DNA from: Opitutia bacterium
GTDB taxonomy: Bacteria; Verrucomicrobiota; Verrucomicrobiia; Opitutales; T3Sed10-336
Assembly (NCBI GenBank): GCA_050506795.1
Contig: JBJHCF010000007.1
Span: 64,001-128,000 of the forward strand
Reading direction: 5' to 3'
Length of the DNA stretch: 64,000 nt
Shown here piece after piece: positions 20,801-28,072 of this stretch (the stretch's first letter is position 1; each line of letters opens with the position of its first letter). Made by a program: the position numbers and the translations under genes. The notes beneath the pieces were generated by a model. The model ran no database searches and had not been told where the DNA came from. It worked only from the letters and a program-made list of their open reading frames with translations.

Positions 20801-21422
20801 GTCCACCGGCCGCGACGTCAATATCCTGGTGATGGATACCGAGGTTTACTCCAACACCGGAGGCCAATGCTCCAAGTCCACCCCCATGGGCGCGGCCGCC
20901 AAGTTCTTCGTCAAGGGCAAACCGCTGCCCAAAAAGGATCTCGGACTCATCGCCATGACATACGGCTCGGTCTACGTCGCCCGCATCGCCATGGGGGCCA
21001 AAGACAGTCAGACCTTGCAGGCCTTGAAGGAGGCCGAATCCTTCCCGGGCCCGTCCCTGATTATCGCCTACAGTCACTGTATCGCCCACGGGTACAGCCT
21101 GTTCAATGGCATGGAACAGCAAAAACTCGCGGTCCAATCTGGCGCCTGGCCGATCTTCCGGTACGACCCGCGCCGGAGCGATGCCGGACGGCACCCGCTC
21201 CAGCTCGACTCGCGCGCTCCGTCGATTCCGTTGACCGACTACACCGGGAACGAACTTCGATTCCGGGCCGCCGGCCGGAGCGATCCGGAACGGGCCGAAC
21301 GGATGACCCAGGCGGCGCAGGCGCACGTCAAAGCGCACTTCCGCCTCTACGAACAGCTGGCTGAATCCTCCTTCGGCATAATCCAGGAAAACCAGGGGAA
21401 TGGTCAGGGCAAAACCACCTGA
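17814..21422 (+). CDS. nifJ: Pyruvate:ferredoxin (flavodoxin) oxidoreductase (start 17787 or 17814)
   Basis: YPITPSTPM, EMQSEGGAAG, GLGSDGTVGANKN, two 4Fe-4S motifs, FEYSGACAGCGE, GGDGWAYDIG. Confidence 0.97.
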   Translation: MIHKPELPTTPERVTLDANDAVASVAYRLNDAFAIYPITPSTPMAEAADQWTAQDRRNIWGQIPQVVEMQSEGGAAGALHGLLQSGALASSFTSSQGLLLMIPNLYKIAGELTPFCLHVAARSLATHALSIFGDHSDVMACRQTGFALLSAGSPQEAQDFACIAQTATLKSRVPFLHFFDGFRTSHEVNAVTPLSDDNLRAMIDFADVLAHRSRALTPDRPVLRGTAQNPDVFFQAREAANLYYDQTAEIVQQTMERFSGLTGRTYRLFDYEGDPEAEKVVIIMGSGGETVAETVAWMREKGEKVGVLRVRLFRPFSIEHFIHALPESVRAIAVLDRTKEPGAIGEPLYQDVVTALREGAADSPLAKATVIGGRYGLGSKEFTPAMVKAVFDQLDQESPKNHFSLGIVDDVTHRSLPWDTELDIESPDVNRALFYGLGSDGTVGANKNTVKIIGEETDNYAQGYFVYDSKKSGAMTISHLRFSPRPIRAPYLIRTADFVACHHFPFLRQFDILQSAAPGATFLLNAPGDPDKVWDRLPREVQESIVEKKLRLYAIDAYKVAREAGMGGRTNIIMQVCFFALSGVLPRETALEKIKESIVKTYGSKGQKVVEKNLVAVDSTLASLREISIPDDRIQGKKRPPAIAEEAPEFLQRVTAVMMANRGDLLPVSVFPVDGTWPTATSKWERRNLATHIPVWDTDLCIQCNKCVMACPHATIRAKFFPESELEGAPATFKSTAFRSRDFPDHLYSLQVAPEDCTGCELCVHVCPAKDKADPSRKAINMEPQPELVAAERENYDFFLQIKSPDRTKVPGDVKHSQFLDPLFEYSGACAGCGETPYIKLLTQLFGDRSVITNATGCSSIYGGNLPTTPYTVDGAGRGPAWSNSLFEDNAEFGLGIRVGIDQRVAEIRDLLPDVASALGDDLVKALLDADQSTESGIANQRERVAQARERLRGIPDEKRGRIDPLLDYLVRKNVWILGGDGWAYDIGYGGLDHVLSTGRDVNILVMDTEVYSNTGGQCSKSTPMGAAAKFFVKGKPLPKKDLGLIAMTYGSVYVARIAMGAKDSQTLQALKEAESFPGPSLIIAYSHCIAHGYSLFNGMEQQKLAVQSGAWPIFRYDPRRSDAGRHPLQLDSRAPSIPLTDYTGNELRFRAAGRSDPERAERMTQAAQAHVKAHFRLYEQLAESSFGIIQENQGNGQGKTT

Positions 21423-21477
21423 TCGCGCCCGCACGAACGAACCAATAACTGAAATCAACCAAAAAAATCTTCGGAAA

Positions 21478-22470
21478 ATGAATCTTGAAACCGACTATCT
21501 CGGACTGAAACTGGCCCACCCGATTCTTCCCGGCGCCTCACCCCTGGTGGATAAAATCGACCGGGTGCGCCGTCTGGAAGATGCCGGAGCCCCGGCCATT
21601 GTCATGCACTCGCTCTTCGAGGAGCAGATCGAGTTCGACCAGAACGCTCGCCATTTCCACCGCGACCGTCACGAGGAATCGTTCGGTGAGGCGACGTCCT
21701 ACTTTCCGGACGACGACGAATTCGCCCTCGGTCCCGATGAATATCTCAAACAGATAGAACGGATCCGCGACGCCGTCTCGGTGCCGGTGATCGGTTCCCT
21801 CAACGGGGTACGCCTCGGCGGTTGGGTGGATTACGCCAACATGATTCAGAAGGCCGGCGCCGCCGCCCTGGAATTGAACATGTACTTTCTTCCGACCGAC
21901 CCGTCCGAGTCGGCGGCGGATATCGAACGTCGCATGCTGGAGATCGTGCGAGCGGTGAAAGGCAATATCGACATTCCCCTGGCGGTAAAACTCTCGCCCT
22001 TTTTCTCGTCATTGCCCCACTTCGTTCAGGAACTGGAGGTCATCGGTGTGGACGGGATCGTTCTCTTCAACCGATTCTACCAACCCGACATCGACATCAA
22101 CAGCCTGGAAGTCACTCCCAGCCTGGAACTGTCCCACTCCTCCGAATTGCGGCAGCGCCTGCGATGGCTGGCCATCCTCTTCGGACAAACCAAAGCCACG
22201 TTGATCGCCAGCGGCGGGGTCCACAAAACCCAGGACGTTATCAAAGCCATCATGGCCGGCGCCGGCGGGGTGCAGGTGGTCTCGTCCCTGCTGAAATTCG
22301 GTCCGGAACACTTGCAGACCCTGATCAAGGGATTCACCTCCTGGATGGAGCAACGGGAATACGACTCCCTCCAGCGCCTGCGCGGCAGCATGAGCCTTCA
22401 TCGCGCGCCCAACCCCGAAGCCCTGGAGCGGGCCAATTACCTGCGCATGCTGCAGGTCTGGAGAACCTAG
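21478..22470 (+). CDS. Dihydroorotate dehydrogenase-like flavoprotein (nifJ-associated)
   Basis: YLGLKLAHP, SLFEEQI, VKLSPFFS, LFNRFYQPDID, ASGGVH, ERANY. Confidence 0.9.
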   Translation: MNLETDYLGLKLAHPILPGASPLVDKIDRVRRLEDAGAPAIVMHSLFEEQIEFDQNARHFHRDRHEESFGEATSYFPDDDEFALGPDEYLKQIERIRDAVSVPVIGSLNGVRLGGWVDYANMIQKAGAAALELNMYFLPTDPSESAADIERRMLEIVRAVKGNIDIPLAVKLSPFFSSLPHFVQELEVIGVDGIVLFNRFYQPDIDINSLEVTPSLELSHSSELRQRLRWLAILFGQTKATLIASGGVHKTQDVIKAIMAGAGGVQVVSSLLKFGPEHLQTLIKGFTSWMEQREYDSLQRLRGSMSLHRAPNPEALERANYLRMLQVWRT

Positions 22471-22500
22471 CAACTTCCCATCAGGACCTACCATCCAACG

Positions 22501-22545
22501 ACCGGACTTCCCGCGCGCGGCATGCCGGGAGGTCCGGTTCGCTTT
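22501..22545 (+). terminator. Hairpin, likely terminator of nifJ operon
   Basis: accggacttccc...gggaggtccggt stem, weak T tail. Confidence 0.5.
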
Positions 22546-22619
22546 GAATTTCTCTTACCCCCGTCCTTTTTCATTGATTCCCAGTCCTGCGATGGTTACA
22601 CAAAATCAAACCGCGCAGC

Positions 22620-23270
22620 ATGCTTTCACCCGAAAACAAAAAACGGTACATCCTGCAAATCCTCGCCGGAGAACGGTCTCAGAGCGACGTGGCCCGGGCC
22701 ACCGGTTTCTCGCGGCAAGCGGTCTCCCAGTGGATCAAGCAGTACCGGTCCGAAGGTGAGGGAGGCATCCGCAAACGGCGCGGACGCCCCAAAATACGAC
22801 GCTTGCCGGAAAACGATTCCGAACGCCTCAAAGCTATCGTCACCTCCCAAACCCCCGCCGAAACCGGACTCGATAAAGCCTTCTCCGAATGGTCCTACGA
22901 AGCGGTAAGACGCCTGATCATTCGCGAAACCGGGGTCAAACTGACCTACCGGTTTGTGGCCGAGTACCTCGAAGAATGGGGAATGGACCACCCGATGGCC
23001 GGGAAGATTCCGGCTCAGTCACGAATCCGTCCGACGGACAAACCCGTTTCGTCACCACCCCCGAAAGTCGATTCCTCCCCACGAGTCGCGGAAGAGGACG
23101 AGGAATCCTTCTCCCTGGCCGAGTACGAATCGGGCATCGCAGAGGCCCGAAAAAATCTCACCTCCCGCGTCTTCCCGGCTCACGGCCACCGCACCGGACG
23201 CCACGCGCGGCAGCGCTCCGCCCCCACCCGAAAGAAGCGCAAAGGAAAATCAAATCGTAAACGGCGTTGA
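22620..23270 (+). CDS. HTH / winged-HTH protein resembling IS630 transposase N-terminus
   Basis: SQSDVARATGFSRQAVSQWIKQY, RRGRPK, WSYEAVRRLI...LEEWG; no DDE domain. Confidence 0.7.
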   Translation: MLSPENKKRYILQILAGERSQSDVARATGFSRQAVSQWIKQYRSEGEGGIRKRRGRPKIRRLPENDSERLKAIVTSQTPAETGLDKAFSEWSYEAVRRLIIRETGVKLTYRFVAEYLEEWGMDHPMAGKIPAQSRIRPTDKPVSSPPPKVDSSPRVAEEDEESFSLAEYESGIAEARKNLTSRVFPAHGHRTGRHARQRSAPTRKKRKGKSNRKRR

Positions 23271-23289
23271 TGGGCCCCATTCCCCCAAT

Positions 23290-23655
23290 CTATTCCGGCC
23301 GCAGCACTCCGGCTTCTTCCCGGTGACGCGCCAGAAGGCTTCGACAGACCAATTCGCAAAGTTCAAAGACGCTGGGGTCTAAAATCCGATAATACACGAA
23401 ATTCCCCTCTTTTCTCCGCGCCAGCAGCCCCGCCTGCACCAGTCCCTGCAGGTGACGCGAAGTGTTGGCCTGGTTCAAACCGCTTTCCGCCACCAAGGTT
23501 CCAACCGACTTCTCGCCTTCCATCAGGCACTGCACCAACCGCAGGCGCGCGGGTTCGCCCAATACCTTGAACCGCTCCGCCACCCGCTCCAGGAACCCGG
23601 ACGGTAACGGCGCACTTTCCTTACGATCGCTTAGTGGCATGAGCTCGGTATCCAT
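23290..23655 (-). CDS. ArsR/SmtB family transcriptional regulator
   Basis: FKVLGEPARLRL, GEKSVGTLV, QANTSRHL, RRKEGNFVYY. Confidence 0.9.
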   Translation of the reverse strand: MDTELMPLSDRKESAPLPSGFLERVAERFKVLGEPARLRLVQCLMEGEKSVGTLVAESGLNQANTSRHLQGLVQAGLLARRKEGNFVYYRILDPSVFELCELVCRSLLARHREEAGVLRPE

Positions 23656-23706
23656 AAAACAGTATATGAGCATTCAGGAATTTTTCAATTTGGCAAGCCT
23701 TCCAAT

Positions 23707-25455
23707 TCAACTGACGACCTTAAACCCGCGAAGGCGGTTCAGTGCCGCGGCGATTTCATATCGCCTCGGTCGAGCCAAATTGCCGGGGTGCGCCTCGGGT
23801 CCGAAACGGGTCAGCCCGTCAACGGTTCGCTCCTCCAGCAGATCCTCCAGCCGGTCGAGCAGGCGCGGCAAATCGGGTCGATCCTCCGACAGCTCCCGCG
23901 CGGCCAGATGCAGGGCATGACCGATCGCCCGGAGCTGGCTCGGATCGGCCACCTGCTCGACGGCCCGCATGTCGATGGTGTCGCCGCCGAAGCGAATGCC
24001 GTCCACCCCTTCCGCGTCAATTTTGACCTTGCCGCGGCCCTTCAGGGGATTGATGGATCGCGGGTCGGGAACCCGCCCCCGCGGCAACCGAAAGGGTTCC
24101 GGCGCCCCGTAACCGCGCCGGCTGGGCAAGGCGCGCGCAATCTCTCTGGCCTCCCCGGTCACTTCCTCCGGCCGGTAATCGCGCATGCGTATCACGGTAT
24201 CGGCTACTTCGAAATAGTCCCCGCACCCCCCCATCACCAGGATGACCGACACGCCTTCCCGTTCGTACAGTTCCCGAATCCGGTCCAGGAGCGGGGTGAT
24301 CGGCTCGCTTTCCCGGTTGACCAGACGCTGCATGCGGGCGTCGCGCAACATCAGGTTGGTGGCCGCCGTGTCCTCATCCACCAGCAGCAATCGGGATCCC
24401 GCTTCGAGGGCTTCCAGGATCGCCGCCGCCTGGCTGGTGCTGCCGGACGCCTCGTCGGTGGAAAAATCCACCGTCGACCGGCCGTTGGGCAATTCCCCGA
24501 TCAACGACGAGAGGTCCACCTTTTCGATTCGCCTCCGGTCCTCCGCACGGATCTTTACCGCGTCGCCGCGAGCCACCACGTACTCCCGCCCGTCTCCGGG
24601 AATGTGCGGAAACACTCCAAATTCAATAGCCCGCAACAGAGTCGATTTCCCGTGATACCCCCCGCCCACAATGAGAGTCACCCCTTCCGGGATTCCCATA
24701 CCGGTGATCATTCCGTCCTCGCCCGTGTATCGGGAATCCGGATTCGGCAATTCGAATTGAACACGCATCGATTCCGGCGAACGAAACCCGACCGCTTCCT
24801 CCGCCGCCATCGGCCGGTCGCTCACCCCGCTGGCCCGCGGCAGCACGGAGCCGTCGGCCACGAAGGCCGTCAGACCGCGTCTCGCCAGTTCCCCGCGAAT
24901 ACATTCCTGATTCTCGACGCAATAAACAAACGCGGCGCCTTCCTCAGCAAAATCCGGCCGCCAAACCAACGCCTCCCGTACCGCATCCAACAGGTCCCGG
25001 GTCAGCATCGTTTCCGCCTCGCGGCCGAGGATTCGCCGCCCGGCAGCGGGCAGCCCGACCTCCACACGGGCCTCCACCCAATCGGAACACACCCGCACCG
25101 CCGCGCGCTCCAGCACTTCCTGACGTCCGGCGTCGACCTGCATCAGCCCGCTCTTGCCGATGCCACGATTCCCGCCACCGCAACGCCGCAACGCCGAACG
25201 GGCGCGCCGCGCGAGAAAATCCTCCAACGCGACGCGCCTGACCCGCGACGCGAACAGCTCCGGCGGCAGGGTCGCCGTCTCCGCCCCCAATCGAACGCGC
25301 ATCTTGGACGGCGAAGCAAAGGGATCGCCCTGCACGTAATCCACAAAGAGTTCGCCGCCCTCAAACACGTAACGCCCTTGAAGGTCTTTGTAAGCCTTGT
25401 AACCGCGCCCGTCGATACGGCGCAACGTCGTTGCCAATTGCTGAAGATCGCTCAT
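23707..25455 (-). CDS. Predicted ABC-class ATPase (ABC_ATPase family)
   Basis: GYKAYKDL, VQGDPFASPS, VGGGYHGKSTLL, KIRAEDRR, ASGSTSQAA, DEDTAATN. Confidence 0.88.
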   Translation of the reverse strand: MSDLQQLATTLRRIDGRGYKAYKDLQGRYVFEGGELFVDYVQGDPFASPSKMRVRLGAETATLPPELFASRVRRVALEDFLARRARSALRRCGGGNRGIGKSGLMQVDAGRQEVLERAAVRVCSDWVEARVEVGLPAAGRRILGREAETMLTRDLLDAVREALVWRPDFAEEGAAFVYCVENQECIRGELARRGLTAFVADGSVLPRASGVSDRPMAAEEAVGFRSPESMRVQFELPNPDSRYTGEDGMITGMGIPEGVTLIVGGGYHGKSTLLRAIEFGVFPHIPGDGREYVVARGDAVKIRAEDRRRIEKVDLSSLIGELPNGRSTVDFSTDEASGSTSQAAAILEALEAGSRLLLVDEDTAATNLMLRDARMQRLVNRESEPITPLLDRIRELYEREGVSVILVMGGCGDYFEVADTVIRMRDYRPEEVTGEAREIARALPSRRGYGAPEPFRLPRGRVPDPRSINPLKGRGKVKIDAEGVDGIRFGGDTIDMRAVEQVADPSQLRAIGHALHLAARELSEDRPDLPRLLDRLEDLLEERTVDGLTRFGPEAHPGNLARPRRYEIAAALNRLRGFKVVS

Positions 25456-25524
25456 GAAGAGCCCCACTGTCACGCGACCCCCGGCCCGCTGTCAATTTCC
25501 CGACCCGCAAGCGCCCCCCCCCAT

Positions 25525-25596
25525 GGCCTTTTCATTCGACGGCTGTCAGCCGCATGAAAAGGCATTTGAAATCGAAAATTTGAGATTTGAAATAAA
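25525..25596 (+). repeat. Dispersed ~70-bp hairpin + AT-rich tail element, copy 1
   Basis: ggccttttcat-tcgacggctgtcagccgc-atgaaaaggc-atttgaaatcgaaaatttgagatttgaaataaa; similar copies at 40176 and 53071. Confidence 0.8.
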
Positions 25597-25648
25597 CGAA
25601 TGAACTTGAACGAGATATGCGCTAGAGCATTGCTGGACTGTGAAGGTT

Positions 25649-25736
25649 CTCACACGGAGCTTACGGAGCCGGGTCCAGTAGAAATCTCCGTGTCTCTCGC
25701 CGGCCTGAGCTCGTCGAGGGCATGCCTCCGTGTGAG
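25649..25736. repeat. Imperfect palindromic element (cacacggag/ctccgtgtg) with nested REP-like insert
   Basis: ctcacacggag 25649-25659 is the exact complement of ctccgtgtgag 25726-25736; arms have 9-bp periodicity. Confidence 0.65.
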
Positions 25737-25845
25737 CCCAATTTTCGCTGTATTTTTTGTTTCTTCAAACGATGAACCTCCTTAACCGTGCCATTCAGGT
25801 TACCCAAAACTTGCCCTTTCGTCCGGCTCGTATAAAAAGGCCCCG

Positions 25846-26262
25846 ATGAAATCGTATCGCAAAGAACTCTGGTTTCAGGCGGCACAACGGCGGGAACTGA
25901 TCAATATCACCGGTCAAGTGGAAGACTGCCTGCGCGAAAGCGGTATCCGGGAGGGTCTCGCCCTGGTGAACGCGATGCACATCTCCGCCAGTGTTTTTGT
26001 CAATGACAACGAATCCGGCCTGCACGCCGACTTCGAACGCTGGCTGGAAAAACTCGCCCCGGAAAAACCCCATTCCCAATACGCCCACAACAAAGGGGAA
26101 GACAACGCCGACGCCCACCTCAAACGCACCATCATGGGCCGGGAAGTCGTGGTCGCGGTGACCAAAGGCCAACTCGACTTCGGTCCCTGGGAGCAGATTT
26201 TCTATGGCGAATTCGACGGTATGCGCCGGAAGCGTGTATTGGTAAAAATCATCGGAGAGTGA
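25846..26262 (+). CDS. yjbQ: YjbQ family (UPF0047) secondary thiamine-phosphate synthase
   Basis: [37 protein letters not shown]. Confidence 0.92.
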   Translation: MKSYRKELWFQAAQRRELINITGQVEDCLRESGIREGLALVNAMHISASVFVNDNESGLHADFERWLEKLAPEKPHSQYAHNKGEDNADAHLKRTIMGREVVVAVTKGQLDFGPWEQIFYGEFDGMRRKRVLVKIIGE

Positions 26263-26293
26263 CCTTCCCGATCCTGTAAAACCCGCAATCAAT

Positions 26294-26791
26294 ATGTACC
26301 AATCAATTCTTATCGCACTGCTCAGCATCAGCCTGATGGCCTGCAATCACCGGGATTCCGGTCCCTCGGACGACAACTCTGCCGAATCGTCACCTCCCGA
26401 ACCCGATGCCTCGGAGGGGGTGGTGGAGGCGGAGGACGAACCCATCGCCGCCGAACTGCGGGCCGAGCCTGGGGAAATCGACTCCTCCGACCGGATCGAG
26501 GTGCGCGTGGTCAATCACGGCGAACGAACGCTGAACTACGGGCGTCCCGTTCGGGTGGAGCGCTGGGACGGGGAAGCCTGGCGGGAAACCGAGGAATCGC
26601 TCAACGCCGCCTGGACCATGGAACTCCTCATCCTTGCGCCGGGTGAAACCGGGGTGGCACAGCCCTGGCCCTTTCTCGCCCAACAAAACGCCGAACCCGG
26701 GTGGTACCGCTTCACCAAGGAAGTCTACGCCGAAACCTCCTCCGGCGACGCCACCCGACTGCTGGTCCGTGCCCGGGTCCGGGTCAAGTGA
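26294..26791 (+). CDS. Lipoprotein with Ig-like beta-sandwich domain
   Basis: Lipobox LMAC; acidic linker; beta-rich domain (VVNHG...YG...VERWDG.W...PGWYRFTKEV). Confidence 0.75.
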   Translation: MYQSILIALLSISLMACNHRDSGPSDDNSAESSPPEPDASEGVVEAEDEPIAAELRAEPGEIDSSDRIEVRVVNHGERTLNYGRPVRVERWDGEAWRETEESLNAAWTMELLILAPGETGVAQPWPFLAQQNAEPGWYRFTKEVYAETSSGDATRLLVRARVRVK

Positions 26792-26841
26792 GTCTGGAGT
26801 CAAAAAACGAAAAATTGTTGTAGTTGAGGCAAGTTTTTTGG

Positions 26842-26915
26842 CACCGCAGAGGTTGGAGGGTCACAGAGAAATCATTCGGAATGTCCTTCTCTGCGGTCTT
26901 CCGCTCTCTGCGGTG
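26842..26915. repeat. Palindromic element caccgcagag...ctctgcggtg (gene-less GxxExxY-type IR pair)
   Basis: 29-bp imperfect inverted arms 26842-26870 and 26887-26915. Confidence 0.7.
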
Positions 26916-26964
26916 TCCTTATTCCTGGCCTGAGGCTTCGCCTCGTTGCTGTCTGTCGGCGATC

Positions 26965-27381
26965 TTACGGATAGCGAAGCTCGACGATTTTCACTCCGGC
27001 CGGCTCGAAATCTTTTCGGTTGGTCGTGGCCACCGCAAGGCCGTAGTGGCGCGCCGTAGCAGCGAGCAGGCTGTCTTCGCAGGAAATGGTGCGATTGTTT
27101 CGTTTCAACTCGGAGAGCAAATGTTTCCATTCCACCAGAACGGTTTCGCTCAGGGGTAGAATCGCTTGCGCGAGAGAAACGCGAAGGTCGGACAACCACG
27201 TCTCCAACTTAATTCTGAGAGCCGGATCCTCCACGGTCTCAATGCCAAAAGAAAGCTCCGCCAGTGTGACTACCGATACAAAGCTTCGATCCTCGTGGGT
27301 ACGCAGCCAACGAAGCATGGCCGCGGGTGGCCGGCGTTTACTTGACGCCGAAAGAACCCCCGTGTCCAACAGGTACTTCAT
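26965..27381 (-). CDS. vapC: Type II toxin VapC (PIN domain)
   Basis: YLLDTGVLS, SVVTLAELSFG, DSLLAATA, VATTNRKDF. Confidence 0.92.
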   Translation of the reverse strand: MKYLLDTGVLSASSKRRPPAAMLRWLRTHEDRSFVSVVTLAELSFGIETVEDPALRIKLETWLSDLRVSLAQAILPLSETVLVEWKHLLSELKRNNRTISCEDSLLAATARHYGLAVATTNRKDFEPAGVKIVELRYP

Positions 27382-27626
27382 CGAAAGGGAAGATGATGAC
27401 GCTCCGGGGGAGGGATCTCGCCCGGACACTTTTTGAGGATCGCAGTCAACCCTTTCGCCCCCGTTTCCAGCTCGCGGATCGGCGTCAGTAACAAACTCTG
27501 CTCACCGTCGTCCACCTCAACCAAACGGACAGCCCCGCCCTTTCGCAAACCGGCTCGTTCACGCCAGGCTTTCGGCAACTGCGCCTGCCCTTTCACCGTC
27601 ACGCTCATCACGTCCACCTTCTTCAT
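27378..27626 (-). CDS. vapB: AbrB/MazE-fold antitoxin (VapB)
   Basis: VTVKGQAQLPKAWRERAGL; 4-bp overlap with vapC. Confidence 0.85.
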   Translation of the reverse strand: MKKVDVMSVTVKGQAQLPKAWRERAGLRKGGAVRLVEVDDGEQSLLLTPIRELETGAKGLTAILKKCPGEIPPPERHHLPFR

Positions 27627-27629
27627 AAT

Positions 27630-27646
27630 AGTAATGAATCATTACT
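27630..27646. promoter_or_regulatory. Putative vapBC autoregulatory operator
   Basis: Perfect IR agtaatga-a-tcattact immediately upstream of vapB. Confidence 0.6.
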
Positions 27647-27840
27647 TCGGCCTCCTTGCAAGTGGAATTGCCGGCAGATCCTCCCGCGCCAGCGAGCGTG
27701 TTGCCTCAGGCATCTGATGAGGATTATGCGAAGTCCCGTGCCTGCCGGGAGAAGCCTAATCTACATTGATCTAGCGCCTTAACCGCCGTTCGGCTTAAAC
27801 CAGCAAAAAACCCCACATAACCATGAGGGTCTCGGGGCGG

Positions 27841-27912
27841 TGCGGGCGGAGGGAGTCGAACCCTCGTCTCAAGCTTGGGAAGCTCACATAATAGCCGTTA
27901 TACGACGCCCGC
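27841..27912 (-). tRNA. tRNA-Gly (CCC)
   Basis: GCGGGCG acceptor stem, anticodon loop TTCCCAA, GGTTCGACTC T-loop; full CCA not encoded. Confidence 0.93.
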
Positions 27913-28072
27913 GGAAACCGAAATGCCCGGTCTTGATCCCGATTAAAGCCAGGGACGCGGTGGAAGCAAGCAAGGATCGGTTTCTCCTCGCTCATTTTTT
28001 TTCTTTCCTTGTTCCCGGGAGTCCTTTTAGAAATCAGGAACCACCCTGAAAGCCAACCCCGATCCGCCCCAG

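Noticed and set aside
22620..23290. Intact IS630 element
   Set aside because: No DDE domain in a following frame and no terminal IRs evident
25600..25785. 61-aa ORF
   Set aside because: Composed largely of palindromic repeat sequence
22500..27912. Integrative element at tRNA-Gly
   Set aside because: No integrase and no duplicated tRNA 3' end found
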